64,000 nucleotides of DNA from Octopus vulgaris (GCA_951406725.2 OX597834.1:18538001-18602000), one strand, 5' to 3'. Shown: positions 48,055 through 62,273, counted from the stretch's first letter. The notes: generated by a model not told the origin, from the letters alone. Numbers and translations are program-made.

Positions 48055-49040
48055 TAAGGTGGAAAACTGGCAGAATCGTTAGCATGCCGGCAGAAATGCT
48101 TAGCGGTGTTTTGTTTGTCTGTAGATTTCGAGTTCAAAGTCTGCTGAGGGGCCGATAAATTAAGTAACAGTTGTGTACTGGGGTTCATCTAATCGACTGG
48201 CCCCCTACCCCCAAATTTGTGCCTGGAGTAGAAAAGATTATTATTGTTATTATTAATGCGGCGAGCTGGCAGAAACGTTAGCACGCTGGGCGAAATGCGT
48301 AGCCGTATTTCGTCTGCCGCTACGTTCTGGGTTCAAATTCCGCCGAGATCGACTTTGCCTTTCATCCTTTCGGGGTCGATGAAATAATTACCAGTTACGC
48401 ACTGGGGTCGATATAATCGACTTAATCCGTTTGTCTGTCCTTGTTTGTCCTCTCTGTGTTTAGCCCCCTGTGGGTAGTAAAGAAATAGGTACTTTGTCTG
48501 TCTTTAGATTTCGAGTTCAAAGTCCGCTGAGGCCGACTTTGCCTTTCATCCTTTCGGGGGTCGCTAAAATAAGTACCATTCGAACACTTGTGTCATTAGT
48601 TGAAAGAATTATTATTAAGGTGATGAGCTGGTAGGACAAAATCTCGTTCAGTTAGCACGCCAGTTAAAATGCTAAGCGGTATTTCGTCTGCCTTTACGTT
48701 CTGAGTTCAAATTTCGCCAAGGTTGACTTTGCCTTTCGTCCTTTCAGGGTCAATAAAACAAAGTACCAATTGAACACAAGAATCGATGTAATCGGCTCAA
48801 CTTCTCTAAAAATTTCAGGCTTCGTGTCTATTGTAAGAAAGGATTATCATCATTGCCAGTAAGCACGTGGGACAAAATATTTCGCGGCATTTCACCTGCC
48901 TCTTTGTTCTCAACTCAAAGTCAATCGAGGTCGACTTTGCCTTTGGTCCTTTAGTATCAGTCAAGTACAGTGACTCGATTTAATAAAGTAACCCTCCCTC
49001 CACTTTGCTGGTCTCGTGCTTAGGTTAGAAAATTATAATT
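48055..49040 (+). mobile_element. Head-to-tail array of SINE family B copies
   Basis: About 5 copies of differing divergence separated by (ATT)n tails. Confidence 0.85.
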
Positions 49041-49820
49041 TGCAAATTTGGTAAGGAATCAGGGACACCGACTTGAAACTTTAGTTACCTATCTTGACGC
49101 TCCGAATTCAAATCTTGCTTTTCTCTCGCTGATTATTATAAATTACGACAGTCAATTCTAATTGAACAGACATGATCAAAAACGTTCCAGCCGTGACCAT
49201 ACCGTCAGGTCCCTCAGTATTACATTATCCAACGCGTTTGTTTTCCAAAACTAGATCCATAAACACTTGTCCCACCCCCTCATATAGCACCACTGCTTTT
49301 ACTAACCTATCCAGCAACAGAATAAAGTATGACCAGAACGAAAACCAAGAAGTGGATTTGAACTCATGACCTTTGAATAGGTAGTCAGGTATCTCAGTTC
49401 GTTCGACCATTACACTAGCGCACACAAATCGGTTCTGCTCCCAGTTAGGTTTTACAGTACTTAATTGTAAAACATTTTAGATTAAGTGCTGAAAAGTTCC
49501 TGGCTTTGAGTAAAAGAAAATACGAGAGGATCAGTTATGATTTTATTCAACAATTTCCTAATCTAAGTTCTTCTTAACTCGGAAGGCTGAACCACCCACC
49601 AGGCCTTACGCGACACCCTCGTAAAGTTTGTTCTGCTTGGGGAAACCCTTGAGTTTGCCCACCCCCACCTTCCGTCAGACAGCTTATACAGGCTTTTACA
49701 ATAGACTCAAATTCCCCATAAAAACGTCGCCTGGTGACCCCTCCTCATTCCGCTAACTACACTACTGTAGGTTAATTGAACCATGTTTAAGTCTTACGAA
49801 ATTACTATATCTAGAATAAC

Positions 49821-49851
<31 letters not shown>

Positions 49852-50566
49852 TGGGAGGGACTTGAGTTTTGGAGGTTTTTTTTCCTGTTTTGGCAAGACT
49901 TCTGCCCGTCCTCACCAAAAACCATCCTTTAAAAAATTTTTTTCTTTTTCGACACAAAACCCCCTTTCGGCTACGGGGGAATACGAATCTACAAAAAAGT
50001 TGGCAAAAATCGACATTTCTAAATTACCTCCTCCCCTTTTTTTTCATTTTAAACTTTTTTTCACAATTTTTTTTCCAAATATGCAGAAAAATACGGAGAC
50101 TATGATTCTGAAAAAAATTTCCAAAAATCTTGGTCAAATTTTTTTAAAGAATTTTTTTTCTAAATATGCAGAAAAATACGGAGATCATGATTCGGACAAA
50201 AATTTCAAAACATTTCTGTACTCACGGTTACGGTTAGTGTTGGGGGGTAAAAAGTCAAAATTGAAGTTGGTGGTGGAGGAGAATTTCACAATGCCGATTT
50301 TTGGCAATTTTCCGGAACCTCCGTATCCGAAAACGGGGATTTTTGGCAAAAATAAATTTGGGAGAAAATAGGGGAGGTGACGGACGGAAGTCTTTCCGTT
50401 TTTTTTTTTTGTGGCATTGATAAAGAGTTTATCAGCTTAAATAATAAAGCGGAGGGACTTCCACCGAGAACCGAAACAATAGTGATGACTCACCGGAAGT
50501 GTATATAAATGTAACGGAAGTTTCTTGTTGGAAAAAAAAACAAACAATTTTTCTTCTTTTTTTTTA

Positions 50567-51130
50567 ACGTTAGCACGCCGGACGGAATGCTTAGCGGTAT
50601 TTCGTCTGCCGTTACGTTGTGAGTTCAAATTCCGCCGAGGTCGACTTTGCCTTTCATCCTTTCGGGGTCGATAAATTAAGTACCAGTTAAGCACTGGGGT
50701 CGATATAATCGACTTAATACCTATGTCTGTCCATGTTTGTCTCCTCTATGTTTAGCCCCTTGTGGGTAATAAAGAAATAGAAATAGGTATTTCGTCCGTC
50801 TTGACGTTCTGAGTTCAAATTCCGCTGAGGGCGACCTCGGCGGAATTTGGTCTCAGAACGTGGCTACGGGCGGAATACAACTAAGCATTTCGTTTGGCGC
50901 GCTAACGATTCTGCCAGCTCGCCGCCGCCTTTTCAATGCTTTCTACTAACGGCACAAGGCCTGAAATTTTGGGGTAGGAAATTAGTCGATTGCACCGACC
51001 ACAGTATTTGACTAGTACTTAGTTTATCGACCCAAAAAGCATGAAAGGAAAAGTGAACCTCGCGCGGAATTTGAACTCAGAACGTAGCGACGGGTGAAAC
51101 ACCGCTAGGCATTTCGTCCAGCTCGCCATC
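50567..51130. mobile_element. SINE B cluster in both orientations
   Basis: Plus copies at 50567-50830 abut minus copies at 50832-51130. Confidence 0.8.
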
Positions 51131-51631
51131 CTATAAATGATAGTGGTAAGACCATAGGGAGTCTACTTCTAGCATATGGGTGTCCACTTAGTGTTCATCG
51201 CTCTTATATGTATGTAATATAATTTTCTGAATCTTCAGATTTTTCTATATGCTAGACCACTGGTTTTAAATTGATATTAATCAAATAAATATTTAATTTT
51301 TCACTCTTATTATTTAAAACCGATGATAAAAGTACTTTCTATTTCTTACTCAATATTTTGTTACTAACACCATAAAGAATTGTTTTTATCGTTCACACCT
51401 TATGCAGAATTTATTTCTCTTTCGAATGATGCAGACAATAACCATTTTTATACAGATTGAAGAATTCTAATGCTAAATTAATATAAAAGTTTCAAACTTA
51501 CCGGCAAAATTAGTTTAAGAACATGTATGCAATTTCTTTGTATGTATGCAATTTCTTTGCCAAAATGGGTGCTCACGCAACGAGCCTAACTGCACTAAAT
51601 AGTGTTATAGTTTAATGTTATTATACAATTG

Positions 51632-52370
51632 GGATCGTTTCCTTTTGAACGGCAGTTTTCAACACAATTTCTAGTTAACTAAACACTTTAAAACTTCGTA
51701 TACCCTTCCCCCACCCCTAACCCTAACTCTAAAATAGATTGAAATGCAATAGATCGATACAAGGGTTATAATTATGGGTGACAATTTCATATGACACCGC
51801 TACGGAAAATGGGATTTTTTCTGGCGGTGTCGTATGAAAATGTCACCCATAATTATGGCCCTAGTATCGATCTATTGCATTTCAATCTATTTTAGATTTA
51901 GGGTTAGAGTTAGAGGTAGGGGAAGGGTATCTTTTTTCTTCACAAATGTAAATAAACCCAATCTGTTTCTTAAAGAAGGGACATATTCATTATGCACAGA
52001 ATGTTAATTACCTAAATGGACTCCAGTGACTGGTTAAAATTTCCGAAATGCAAGTAATTTCAGACGAAATATCTTAAACTATAGAATTTTCTCAACAAAG
52101 CCAAGAGAAAATGATGTTTTATAAACACATTCTACCAGTATACGAAGTTTAAAAGTGTTTAGTTACCTAGAAATTATGTTACAAAGTGCCGTTCAAAAGG
52201 AAAAGATCCCGAAAAATTAAACTACGTTAAACTTACAAATTACAATTTTCTCAAGAAAGCCAAGAGAAAAAAATGTTTTATTTTGACACATTCTACCAGT
52301 ATACGAAGTTTAAAAGTGTTTAGTTAACTAGAAATTGTGTTGAAAACTGCCGTTCAAAAGGAAAATATGC
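51632..52370. mobile_element. Nested or rearranged GGATC-TIR MITE composite
   Basis: Outer left and right arms are complementary. An inner copy at about 51811-52209 is flanked by CGGAAAAT/CGAAAAAT. Confidence 0.75.
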
Positions 52371-52542
52371 TTTCTACTGAAGGGACAAAGTGTGAAATTT
52401 TTTGGGATTATATCGACCTCGAAAGGATGAAAGGCGAAGTCGACCTCAGCGGAATTTGAACTCGGGACGAAATACCGTTAAGCATTTTGCTGGGCGTGGT
52501 GACGATTCCGCCAGCTCGCTGTCTTTATAATAATAATTTCTC

Positions 52543-52747
52543 ACTCTTTTACTCGTTTCAGTCATTTGACTGTGGCCATGCTGGAGCATCGCCTTCAGTC
52601 GAGCAAATCGACGCCAAGACTTATTCTTTGTAAGCCTAGTACTTATTCAATCGGTCTTCTTTTGCCGAACCGCTAAGTTACGGGGGACGTAAACACACCA
52701 GCATCGGTTGTCAAGCGATGTTGGGGGACAAATACATATACACACAC

Positions 52748-52783
<36 letters not shown>

Positions 52784-52947
52784 CGACGGGCTTCTTTCAG
52801 TTTCCGTCTACCAAAATCCACTCACAAGGCTTTGGTTGGTCCGAGGCTATAGTAGAAGACACTTGTCCAACGTGCCACGCAGTGGGACTGAACCCGGAAC
52901 CATGTGGTTGGTAAGTAAGTTACTTACTACATAGCCACTCCTACGTC
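52543..52947 (-). mobile_element. SINE family A
   Basis: Full-length reverse-complement match to the other family A copies. Confidence 0.88.
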
Positions 52948-54340
52948 TATAATTATTATTTTCTTTAACAGTTACTGAACTACAAATTGAGTGTGGCAGG
53001 ACAGCGATAATAATTTGAATCGAATTCAGGTACTTAACTGGTATTTTGGTACTTCATTTTAACCTGGAAAAATAAAAACGGCAATGCTGCCTCCGCGTGC
53101 TGGATTTGAACTTGGGACATCGCTTACATAGCAGCCATGTGGCAAGTTATTCCGACACAGCAACGCGCGGCGAGATCTGAACACCGAACTGTGAAGTCTT
53201 CATTAACTGTTTCCTATCGATCGATTACTTAGGAATTAATTGGTTGACATATTTACTGAACACATGGTTGAATAAAGAAGGAAAGAAAATGTGAAGTTGC
53301 GATGTTCATGCATTTCCAACTTATTAAAAACAGCAAAAAGAAATTGAAACAAGTCGGACACAATCATTTCTAGTAAAAATACGGTTTTTGTATTGTTTAG
53401 AAATCCTGGTTTCGGGATTGTGGTAACAGAAAACGTTCGAACCGCTGCTATTCCAGCTTTTCTTTTCTTTAACTGTTAGCCTACCTAATTGGAACATTAT
53501 CCGATGCGTCTTTCAGGTTTTTGAGACAATAGTGAGTGATTTCAAGCAGTTTAGCTACTATCTCTAGCAGACTAAGCGACCACGTAGAGGTTCGGTTCCC
53601 TCATTGACTTGCAAAAGTCCCAGAAAAGCGGGTTGCTGTTATTATTATTATTATTATTTAGCTCCGGATCAGCTGTAATCGAGCAGAACTATCATAAAAA
53701 ATAATCCGACCGTGACCGTCCCGTTTTTTTTTCCAGAGAAAGGGAACCAAAACCGAAGACAACGTTAATCAACAAACGTAACATATTCAAAGTCGAGTGA
53801 GATCCGTGGGAGATTTGGCTGCTATTTCTATTAGATCGAGAGCCCACCCAACGACTCGCTCATAGGGTACATAATTACCCTAGAAAAAGCAAGCTTTATT
53901 TATTCATTATTAATATGTAAACAATGTCACAGCTCTTGTGGTAAACAAAGAATCGTTTCCTGAATTTGACGTAAGATTCATTCAAAAACATTCTTTATTA
54001 AAAAAATGAGAATAATTAATGAGTCTAAAGTTACACGTGTGCCGTTTCATTATTATAATGAGACAGACGATAATTTGTGTCTTATTTCACAGACAAACAC
54101 GAAATGTTGATAAAGATCGTTTGTTTCTGGAAGTTGTTAAAACACCGCGGAAAAACTGAATGGACAGTTTGCTCGCAGCATCAGTAGCCGCATCACCATC
54201 ACCATACCCGCTACCCATCACCCTTTATGCATGCCCTAAAAATCTCTGGCACCGAATCCCAGACAAAAGAAATATAAAAATCAATATATTTTGATTTCGG
54301 TACAATAAACAACATAGGATTTATTCATGGACAACAATGA

Positions 54341-54377
<37 letters not shown>

Positions 54378-54944
54378 GTTTTGTTTCTTTACGTCGAGGA
54401 AAGCGAAAATGATTTCATTTTAAACTGAAAGTTTTACTTGATACGTTCTGTAAAGTGCATATTTAATGGGTTTAAAAAAAAAAAAAAATTTTTGCTAGAA
54501 TAGTATATATATAATTAAGGCGAAAGTAAAGAACACGTACACGCGGTGGTTAGGGTGTAGGGCTAGGGTTAAGTTTTTGCTACGCCGAAAAAGAGGTGGT
54601 GTACATATTCTTTACCTCTGCCTATAATTATCGGAAAAGAATAACAAATATTACAAGAGAAAATAGAATAAATATTATAAGAAAAGAAAAAAGCCGAAGA
54701 AAGGGTAAGAATTAGAAGATTCCGAATAGACTTGAAATAACAACGGAAACTAATGTTATTAATTAAAAACACAAAAAAAAAACAAAACAAATTCATGTAT
54801 ATATTTGTTATCAGTCAGTTAAAAAAAATAACACTCTAAAATAAAATTCGAGCCGTTATACTTTATATTGCCGAATAGCCGGGAATATACTACTCAACAA
54901 TACAAAAGTATCTGTGTGTGTGTTTTTTATTTTTATAACAAGAG

Positions 54945-55050
54945 TACTAGAAAGCACCAGCGTTGCTAGAAATGAGAGTCAAAAGCGACTCAATTAGCCA
55001 CAATAGCGCTTTTGACTCTCATTTCTAGCAAACGTCGGTGCTTGCTAGTA
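54945..55050. other. Long hairpin with perfect 25-bp stem
   Basis: TTGCTAGAAATGAGAGTCAAAAGCG (54963-54987) pairs with 55007-55031; 19-nt loop; imperfect basal extension. Confidence 0.85.
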
Positions 55051-56547
55051 ACCGTGGTTTATAAATTTGCCTTTTGCTTTTTTTTCTTTTTTTTTATAAT
55101 TTGTATTATCATTAATATATCAACTTATAAATAAGTATGTATTGAAAGTAAGGAAATGTTTGTTTGACTTACCTAGGAAATAGAAAACCGTTTAATTTCG
55201 TTGATATGGAATGAAAAACGGACCGGCTTAAAGTAAGGCACTAAACTCCACTTGCGGAAAAGGAGGAATTAGAAATTTATACACAGACAGACAGATAAGA
55301 TTTCTGAGAAACGAGAAAAGCGAAGCCGATAGCACCAAGGACGGAAGTTTTAATAATTGTCACAGGGAGCGAAGCAAGATCTCTTTCTTTTTTTCTTCCT
55401 TTTTGTGTATCTCTCTGCGGCTCTCCTCCTTCTCTTTGGCTCATACACTCTCTTCTACAAATGTATATACATACATATATATATATACACACAGATGGAT
55501 ATTGTATGCTTCTCGACGGTGAACCAGCTGTCACTGCTGCTGCTACTGCTGTGTTATTCTCTCCTCCCCCCCACCTCATCCACTTATGTCATGTTGGCAA
55601 TAAAACTTACTTCTCTCACACACACACACACAGAAACACAATCACTTTAGTTCACACAGAAACACATACACACACACACACACACACACACCTATAGTAT
55701 AGATACATTGCCACCTTAGCTCTCTCTCTTTCTCACACAGCATACACACACACACACAGACACACACACACACACACACAGTATTGCAAAGACACCTTGG
55801 CTCACACGCACACACACACATACACACACATTTACATCATATACACACATCCACACGCACAAACACATATACACACACTATCGCAAAGACACAGCCATAT
55901 TAGCTCTCTCCCTCTCTCTCTCACACACACGCACACACACTCATACTTACACATAGACAGTTATACACACACTATCTTCTCTCTATCTCTCACACACACA
56001 CATGCACACGCACTGACACATACTTGCACAAATACATACACGCCTTATGCCCCCCCTCTCTCTCTCATACACACACACACACTATCCCCCCCCCCAAAAT
56101 CCATCCAGTCACTCATGACTGCCACCAAATCTATGACAACAAACATTTCCTTCTTTTTCTTTGTCTTTTTCTTCTCTTCCACCACTCTCTCTATCTATCT
56201 ATCTCTCTCTCTCCCACCTCTCTCTCTCTCTCTCCGCGACTGGGTTCGTAAGCAATGTATTTGTTGGAGTGTGGGCCTGAAGATGATAGGCAGAACGGGG
56301 AGTGTTAAGGAAAGATGTGAGCAGTTGTGAAGCGATGTTTTAAAAGTAGAGCATGTTCCACGTACCCCGGTACCCGCAATACCTACGTAACTTTATACAT
56401 AATCTAATATCTTCAATTTTTAACTTTTTTTCTCTCTCTGCTGGCACTGTGACACTATGTCGTCTGGTTCTAAACCAAGCATGCAACCATAGAACCTAGA
56501 ACAAACTAGGGATATACATACATACATATGCATATATATATATAAAT

Positions 56548-56660
<113 letters not shown>

Positions 56661-56715
56661 TATATATATATCTTTATACATATTATATATATTTTACTCT
56701 TTATATACATATTAT

Positions 56716-56920
56716 ACTTTACTTGTTTCAGTCATTTTGACTGCGGCCATGCTGGAGCACCGCCTTCAATCGAGCAACTCGACCCCGGGACTCATTCTTT
56801 TGTGAGCCCAGTACTTATTCTATCGGTCTCTTTTGCCGAACCGCTAGGTGACGGGGACATAAACACACCAGCATCGGTTGTCAAGCAATGCTAGGGGGAC
56901 AAACACAGACACACAAACAT

Positions 56921-56979
<59 letters not shown>

Positions 56980-57330
56980 TACGACGGGCTTCTTTCAGTT
57001 TCCGTCTACCAAATCCACTCACAAGGCTTTGGTCGGCCCGAGGCTATGGTAGAAGACATTTGCCCAAGGTGCCACGCAGTGGGACTGAACCCCGAACCAT
57101 GTGGTTGGTAAACAAGCTACTTACCATACAGCCACTCCTCTTTTATTCTTTTATTTGTTTCAGTCATTTGATTGCGGCCATGCTGGAGCACCGCCTTTAG
57201 TTGAACAAATCGACCCCAGGACTTATTCTTTGTAAGCCTAGTACTTATTCTATCGGTTTGTTTTGCCGAACCGCTAAGTTACGGGGATGTAACCACACCA
57301 ACATCGGTTGTCAAGCGATGGTGGACACAC
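56716..57330 (-). mobile_element. SINE family A, full copy plus adjacent partial copy
   Basis: 56716-57139 is full length; 57140-57330 is a 3' half. Confidence 0.88.
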
Positions 57331-57451
57331 CCATTGAATTTTCATTTTTACTTATTAGACATGTCTCCGCGTTCTTCTTAACAGGCACATATAGGAATTT
57401 AATTGTGTCTTTGGTTTGCAAGATTCTTTATGTGAGTTCGTGCGTTGAAGC

Positions 57452-57689
57452 ATATTCTATTGTGTCTGGGGTGAGTCATTTTCTTTTTGTGTCTTATAAT
57501 TTAACACACTCACCTGTAAAATTTTCACTTATTTCTTGTTTTTATTTTCTTAAGAGTCAAGACGATTGAAAAGGTTGCAAGGCGCAACGAAAATTTTAGG
57601 AGAATAAAAATAAGTGGAGATTTTACCGGAGAGTGTGTTAAATTATAAAGCACAAAAAGAAAATGTCTCCTCCCAGACACAATAGAATA
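57452..57689. repeat. Foldback of repeat family E
   Basis: TATTCTATTGTGTCTGGG... pairs with ...CCCAGACACAATAGAATA; arms about 95 bp. Confidence 0.75.
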
Positions 57690-57739
57690 CCAATGAAAAC
57701 CATGTGCAAAAATGACACCAATATATTTATATATTTATA

Positions 57740-58006
57740 AGATGGAAAAATGTGGCGAGTAAAAGGTCCCTCACAAATGCGAGATAGGACGCAAAAGAGA
57801 TCACAAGGCTAAGTGTCGTGACGGGGAAAATGGGGTCGCGGACCCGCCCCACTGCATTTTTGTAATTTTGTAAATTTGTCTTTGTGTAATCATTCGATTT
57901 TTATTGTTCATTCCGATTTTTAACTGACCCAAAAAGTTCAGAATTGTTTCATCATTCGTGATTGTATGTTTACTCTGTGTCGCCCCTAGTGGGTAATAAA
58001 GAAATA
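57740..58006 (+). mobile_element. Putative LINE 3' UTR sharing the SINE-B long tail
   Basis: Homologous to 10012-10280 (minus); ends CTCTGTGTCGCCCCTAGTGGGTAATAAAGAAATA. Confidence 0.6.
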
Positions 58007-58797
58007 CAATGTGAAAAGTACCTTCGATAAATCACATCAGTCGTTCAATGCTAATAATCAAATTGTGAAATTACATAGTCAGAAAATCTTTTTGAAGAAG
58101 GAAGTTGCCGAATGAGGAAAGATATCTCGAAGGCCGCAGAAAGTTTCTGGCAGTTAAGAGTGGAAATTATTAAACGTCGACTTAGAACTGTTAGAAAGGT
58201 TGTGAATTTTATGAAGATGTCGCCATATTGTATAAGAACAAAATTGATTGACTTGGGTTGTGAACGAAGAGTTGCAAGAAAGAGGTCAATGACTTCAAAA
58301 ACCAATAAAACAATGAGACCAAAAAAGTTCGACTATGATTAAAGTGTTCTGCAATAAACAAGCATTTTGATTGTCAATAGAATGGTCTGATGAAAGCAAA
58401 TTGCACCAGTTTTTCAATTTAAGATTCACATACACATGCGCGCATACACACACGCACAGAAATAGGTAGACAGACAAAGATAGATAGATAGATAGATAGA
58501 TAAATAGAAAGATGAAGAATCTACCCAGTATTCATTCTATATCGAGTGAAAAAACGATGGACGATATGTACGCCTATGAAGATTTACAAACATACTTTCC
58601 AATGAAACTCGGTTTTTTTCTCAAACCTTTTATAATGTGATACAAGTCTTTGGTGTAGCAATTGTACGCGGCTGAAGAAGGCTTTTGATCTATCTGTTAT
58701 ATCAATTATGCATTGATGTAGGAATAAGTTGTTCTTTAAAGCCCGAAACATATGTACCGCAAAATCCTTTCACTTATTTCATTTAATACATATATAA

Positions 58798-58905
58798 ATA
58801 GAAAGATAGATAGACAGACAGACAGACAAAGATAAATAGATAGATAAATAGAAAGACAGATAGATAGAGAGACAGAGAGATAGAAAGACAGGCTGACAGA
58901 CAGAC

Positions 58906-58966
<61 letters not shown>
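58798..58966. repeat. (GATA)n/(GACA)n microsatellite
   Basis: Tetranucleotide tract. Confidence 0.95.
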
Positions 58967-58967
<1 letters not shown>

Positions 58968-59460
58968 GTGTGTTTGTGGCGTAACTGAATCATGGGAGCT
59001 GGATTACTTTTAAGGAACACCGAACATGGAGAAGCTGGAGTTGTTGTACTGGTGGGGGGCAGTTTGAGAATTAGGGAGATTAAGGATCAGTTTTGTTGAA
59101 AATCATTTAAATGGTCCAAAGTCCTCATGGATAAATGAAAAGGATATATGAGCCATTCACTTCAATGCAGGAATTCATAAGAACCACAATCATTTTCGAA
59201 AAGTTGGAGTGCCATGCTATACAAGTCAGTCGTCACTAACATGGGAAAAAACTTCTGGGATTAAATCTTTGAAATGGGTTGGTCAAAACCGTAGTTTTAA
59301 TTCAGGGGAACATTATACATAAGAAAAGTGGGACAAAATAGGAAGTGAGAGTTTTAAGTTGTTGCTCGACTTGCTAGAAACAGCAGTCAAATAGATAACT
59401 TCACCTTTAATCATGTCTTCAAAAGAGGAAAAATGTGTAAGTAGGAAAATTCTGAATAAA

Positions 59461-59852
59461 TCTTTATATATAAAAGTGAGGTTGTGTGTCTGTCTCCTAC
59501 GATTTAGATTCCTAACTACTCCCACATTTTGCGGTGCAGTGTAACCAAAAGTGGGTATCTTATAGTCGTGATTCATATCGAGCCCTTCTGGGTATTAGCG
59601 CGCGTCTACGATGAGTCTACGATTTAAAAAAAAAATTACCATTAATTTTTCCCATTTGTAATGAATTTTTCTATTATATAAGGGAAGTAACTCTCTAAAA
59701 ATGTATTATTAAATCTCAGAACGTAAAAAGCTACAGTAACCCCTCCCTTTGTGATTAGCCATATTGAGATGGCTATTATACTTTACATCTCTAAAAATGC
59801 TTATATAGTTATTTCCCTTACAAACCCGAGCAACGCCGGGCGATACTGCTAG
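59461..59852 (+). mobile_element. Non-autonomous Helitron
   Basis: 5' end A|TCTTTATATATAAAAG, subterminal hairpin CCCGAGCAACGCCGGG (59825-59840), 3' end CTAG|T, no TSD. Confidence 0.9.
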
Positions 59853-60236
59853 TTATATCATAAAATAAAGCGGAGATTATCAGAACTTGGGACAATTTTG
59901 ATCCTAAGTGTGTCAAATCAGGGTTGACCCGGAAGAACAAGAGCAGAGCAACGATGGAGAAAAAGGCATTACCAATTGAAGACTTTTGGGTTTCGTCGTC
60001 GTTGTCGTCAAACAGTTGGTATAGCACCTCCTTATTACCACCTGCTAAAGAAGAATCCTGACTAAAAATATATACACTGATAAGCAAACAGCTGCTACTT
60101 TACCAAGTGTTAATAATAGCTGTCAACAACTGCAAATGTGCCAACACAGTCAACAACAACAACAGCAACAACTACGTCGACGACGATGACAACGAGCTCA
60201 AAAGTTGTAAACTGACTGCAAGATTTTTATTTATCG

Positions 60237-60401
60237 ACGACAGGAGTGGCTGTGTGGTAAGTAGCTTGCTAACCAACCACATGGTTCCGGGTTCAGTCCC
60301 ACTGCGTGGCATCTTGGGCAACTGTCTTCTGCTATAGCCCCGGGCCGCCCAATGCCTTGTAAGTGGATTTGGTAGACGGAAACTGAAAGAAGCCTGTCGT
60401 A

Positions 60402-60470
<69 letters not shown>

Positions 60471-60687
60471 TTGTGTGTCTGTGTTTGTCCCCCTAGCATT
60501 GCTTGACAACCGATGCTGGTGTGTTTACGTCCCCGTAACTTAGCGGTTTGGCAAAAGAGACCGATAGAATAAGTACTGGGCTTACAAAGAATAAGTCCCG
60601 GGGTCGAGTTGCTCGACTAAAGGCGGTGCTCCAGCATGGCCACAGTCAAATGACTGAAACAAGTAAAAGAGTAAAAGAGTAAAAGAG
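60237..60687 (+). mobile_element. SINE family A, young full-length copy
   Basis: tRNA-like head and (GTAAAAGA)n tail. Confidence 0.9.
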
Positions 60688-61039
60688 ATGAAACTTCCAT
60701 CTGAATTTCAACGCTTAACTAATTCCACCCAGAAATAATTTCAGCTCCACTGACTCCGTCGTGGTTGGGTGAAAGCCTATTGTATAAGTCAACACTCATC
60801 GTCATCATTATCGTATATAATAAACGTTGTAACAACGTTATATTAGGTTAATTAAAGAGTTACCCAAGGTGAACTTATGATTAAGCGTTTGAAATATCAT
60901 GTATACATGTTATAATAACGTTATCCTCGGCTAACTAAAAGTCAAAGCTAACCATATGAAATATCATATACAGATGTTAAAATATCGTTATCCTAGGTTA
61001 GAAATTAGAATTAAACTATGATATAACATGCATAATACG

Positions 61040-61349
61040 TATTCTATCGGTCTCTTTTTTGCCGAACCGCTAAGTTACAAGGACGTAAACACGCCAACAC
61101 CGGTTCTCAAGCAGTGATTGGGGACAAACACAGACACAAAGACCCCCTCCTCCACCACCACACACACACAGATATATACGTATATTTACGAAGGGATTCT
61201 TTCAGTTTCCGTCTACCGAACTCACGATGTTTTGGTCGGCCCGAGGCCATAGTAGAAGACACTTGCCCAAGGTGTCATACAGTAGGACTGAACCCGGAAC
61301 TATATATGTTTGAGAAGCAAACTTCTTACCACACAGCTACGTCTGCAGC
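61040..61349 (-). mobile_element. SINE family A, older copy
   Basis: Diverged reverse-complement copy. Confidence 0.8.
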
Positions 61350-61473
61350 TATGGTAGTTTAATTTGAGGGGTATTTAACTGCTATTTCAAGGGATTCCAT
61401 TGAAACTCTAGTCCGTGTTTTCGTGTCATTGTCTTCTTTATTTCGTTACTACTTAAAAGAAAATCTGTCAATA

Positions 61474-61871
61474 GGCGCAGGAGTGGCTGTGTGGTAAGTA
61501 GCTTGCTAACCAACCACATGGTTTCGGGTTCAGTCCCACTGCATGGCATCTTGGGCAAGTGTCTTCTGCTATAGCCCCGGGCCGACCAATGCCTTGTGAG
61601 TGGATTTGGTAGACGGAAACTGAAAGAAGCCTGTCGTATATATGTATATATATATATGTATGTGTGTGTTTGTGTGTCTGTGTTTGTCCCCCTAGCATTG
61701 CTTGACAACCGATGCTGGTGTGTTTACGTCCCTGTCACTTAGCGGTTCGGCAAAAGAGACCGATAGAATAAGTACTGGGCTTACAAAGAATAAGTCCCGG
61801 GGTCGATTTGCTCGACTAAAGTCGGTGCTCCAGCATGGCAGCAGTCAAATGACTGAAACAAGTAAAGAGTA
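61474..61871 (+). mobile_element. SINE family A, full length
   Basis: Nearly identical to 60237-60687. Confidence 0.9.
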
Positions 61872-62273
61872 ATCTACTTTAATTAATCATTGTAATTAAT
61901 TCTGCTGTGAGAGCCACGGGGGTTCTTCCTACAGACAGTGGTGACGTCATAGTTGATCAGATGAACCCCGAACCATAAATCCTGCGGTGGGAAAATGTGA
62001 ACAGAAGGAGGGGACTGATATCGAACCTTCTCCCTTTCATCTCCTGCCGCCACATTGATTCCATCCGCATCCTTTCTCTCTCCCTCTTCCTCTCCCACTC
62101 TCTCACTTTCCCCCTTGTACTTTCATGATATGTCTCTACACACATTTAAGTATACAATGATATATATATATGCATACACACACTCGCACATACACACGCA
62201 CACACTCATATATAAATGATATATATATTTATAGTAATGAATATAAATATATGATCTATCCAGCCATCCGTCC

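Noticed and set aside
51700-51925. TTAGGG/CCCTAA motifs as interstitial telomere
   Set aside because: Only 2-3 units, and internal to the GGATC-TIR MITE family.
52708-52914. Recurrent ORFs ending CHAVGLNPEPCGW or containing YRPRKDERQSRPRRNLNS
   Set aside because: Antisense translations of SINE families A and B, not a gene family.
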